Shown: positions 63,081 through 64,000 of the stretch, piece after piece
Layout: every line of letters starts with the position of its first letter
How positions within the stretch are numbered: the stretch's first letter is position 1
Assembly (NCBI RefSeq): GCF_036588685.1
Contig: NC_086373.1
Span: forward strand, 28,892,001 to 28,956,000
Source: Mytilus trossulus
Taxonomy: Eukaryota
DNA: 64,000 bases
Direction of reading: 5' to 3'
The notes under the pieces: generated by a model
The model's input: the letters and a program-made list of their open reading frames with translations, nothing else
Databases searched by the model: none
What the model was told of the DNA's origin: nothing
Made by a program: the position numbers and the translations under genes

Positions 63081-64000
63081 TTTCGTCATTTTCGTAAACG
63101 CATTCAAAAATATAATATTGTAATCGAGGTAACTGATTATTTCTGTAAAAACAATGAATACACTGTTTTCTTTTGTACATTTTTGATACGTTTGTTATTT
63201 GATTTTGCCATGTGATTATGGACTTTCCAAATTGATTTTCTCTAAGTTCAGTATTTTTGTGATATTACTTTTTATTACTAAATACAATAATATGCAATTA
63301 TTGACTATTTTATATTTATACTTTAAGGAGACTTTCCGAACTTGTGGAATAATGTCTTCAAATCAGAAGCATACATTTCAATGACTTTTTGTAAACAGGT
63401 ATATTCTAATAACTGTAAAAAAAAAATATGCATAACAAAACGATCAAGACAATAAACTAAACATATATTCTTCATATTATAACGAAACTCTTATATGTAG
63501 TTTAATTTTGCTAATAATATTTATAAGAAAAAATGAAGTCACGTAAAACTGATTTATTTATAAGAAATTGCAAACTTTACGACGTTTTTTTTTTATTCTC
63601 GTGTCTGATTCTCGGTTTGTTTTTGTGTGTGTTACATTTTAGTGTTATGTCGTTGTTCTCCTCTTATATTTTTAATGCGTTTCCCTCGGTTTCTGTTTTT
63701 GTCCATGGAGTTATGATTTTTCAACAGCGGTATACAACTATTTCCTTTATTTAAATTGCAAGGACAATCTTCGAAACATCAAAGCGGATGACAAAGTTTG
63801 CCAAAAAATAGATATGCACTGTTATCAATAGATTCTTTGAAATAAACAAACCAATGGTAACGTATTAGTTAAAACAATTAGACGTAAATGTACTCGAACA
63901 CATTAATCTGCATTCGTGCGATGTTATTTGTTTGGTAAAAGATATGATTGAACTTAAACAAGTTGAGTATACACAGGTTTTCTATTGTACATTGATTACT

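Overview
AT-rich, repeat-dense eukaryotic DNA, not prokaryotic. The repeat families (Meta-type SINEs, ~366-nt hammerhead retrozyme units, Penelope-like tails, pearl/HINE-like elements) point to a bivalve, probably a mytilid mussel; this is inference. Host-gene content is small. The last exon of an alpha-L-fucosidase (GH29) gene is split by a 7.3-kb AcademH-like transposon with perfect 75-bp TIRs and a 9-bp TSD, and there is a two-finger C2H2 ORF at 48.6-49.4 kb. The rest is nested mobile DNA: CR1/L2, HERO, Tc1, hAT, DIRS/Ngaro (one nearly full Ngaro with RT-RH-YR-SGNH), a Polinton-type protease relic, many MITEs with readable TSDs, a ~170-bp satellite with a higher-order duplication, and several type I hammerhead motifs. 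The most unusual structure is a ~9.8-kb insert (35205-45012). It has ~2.37-kb inverted arms built from decayed genomic or TE sequence, is flanked by a 158-bp direct duplication of its target, and splits a YqaJ/lambda-exonuclease-domain gene. Coordinates and alignments were read by eye and may be off by a few bases. Most ORFs in the supplied track are spurious.
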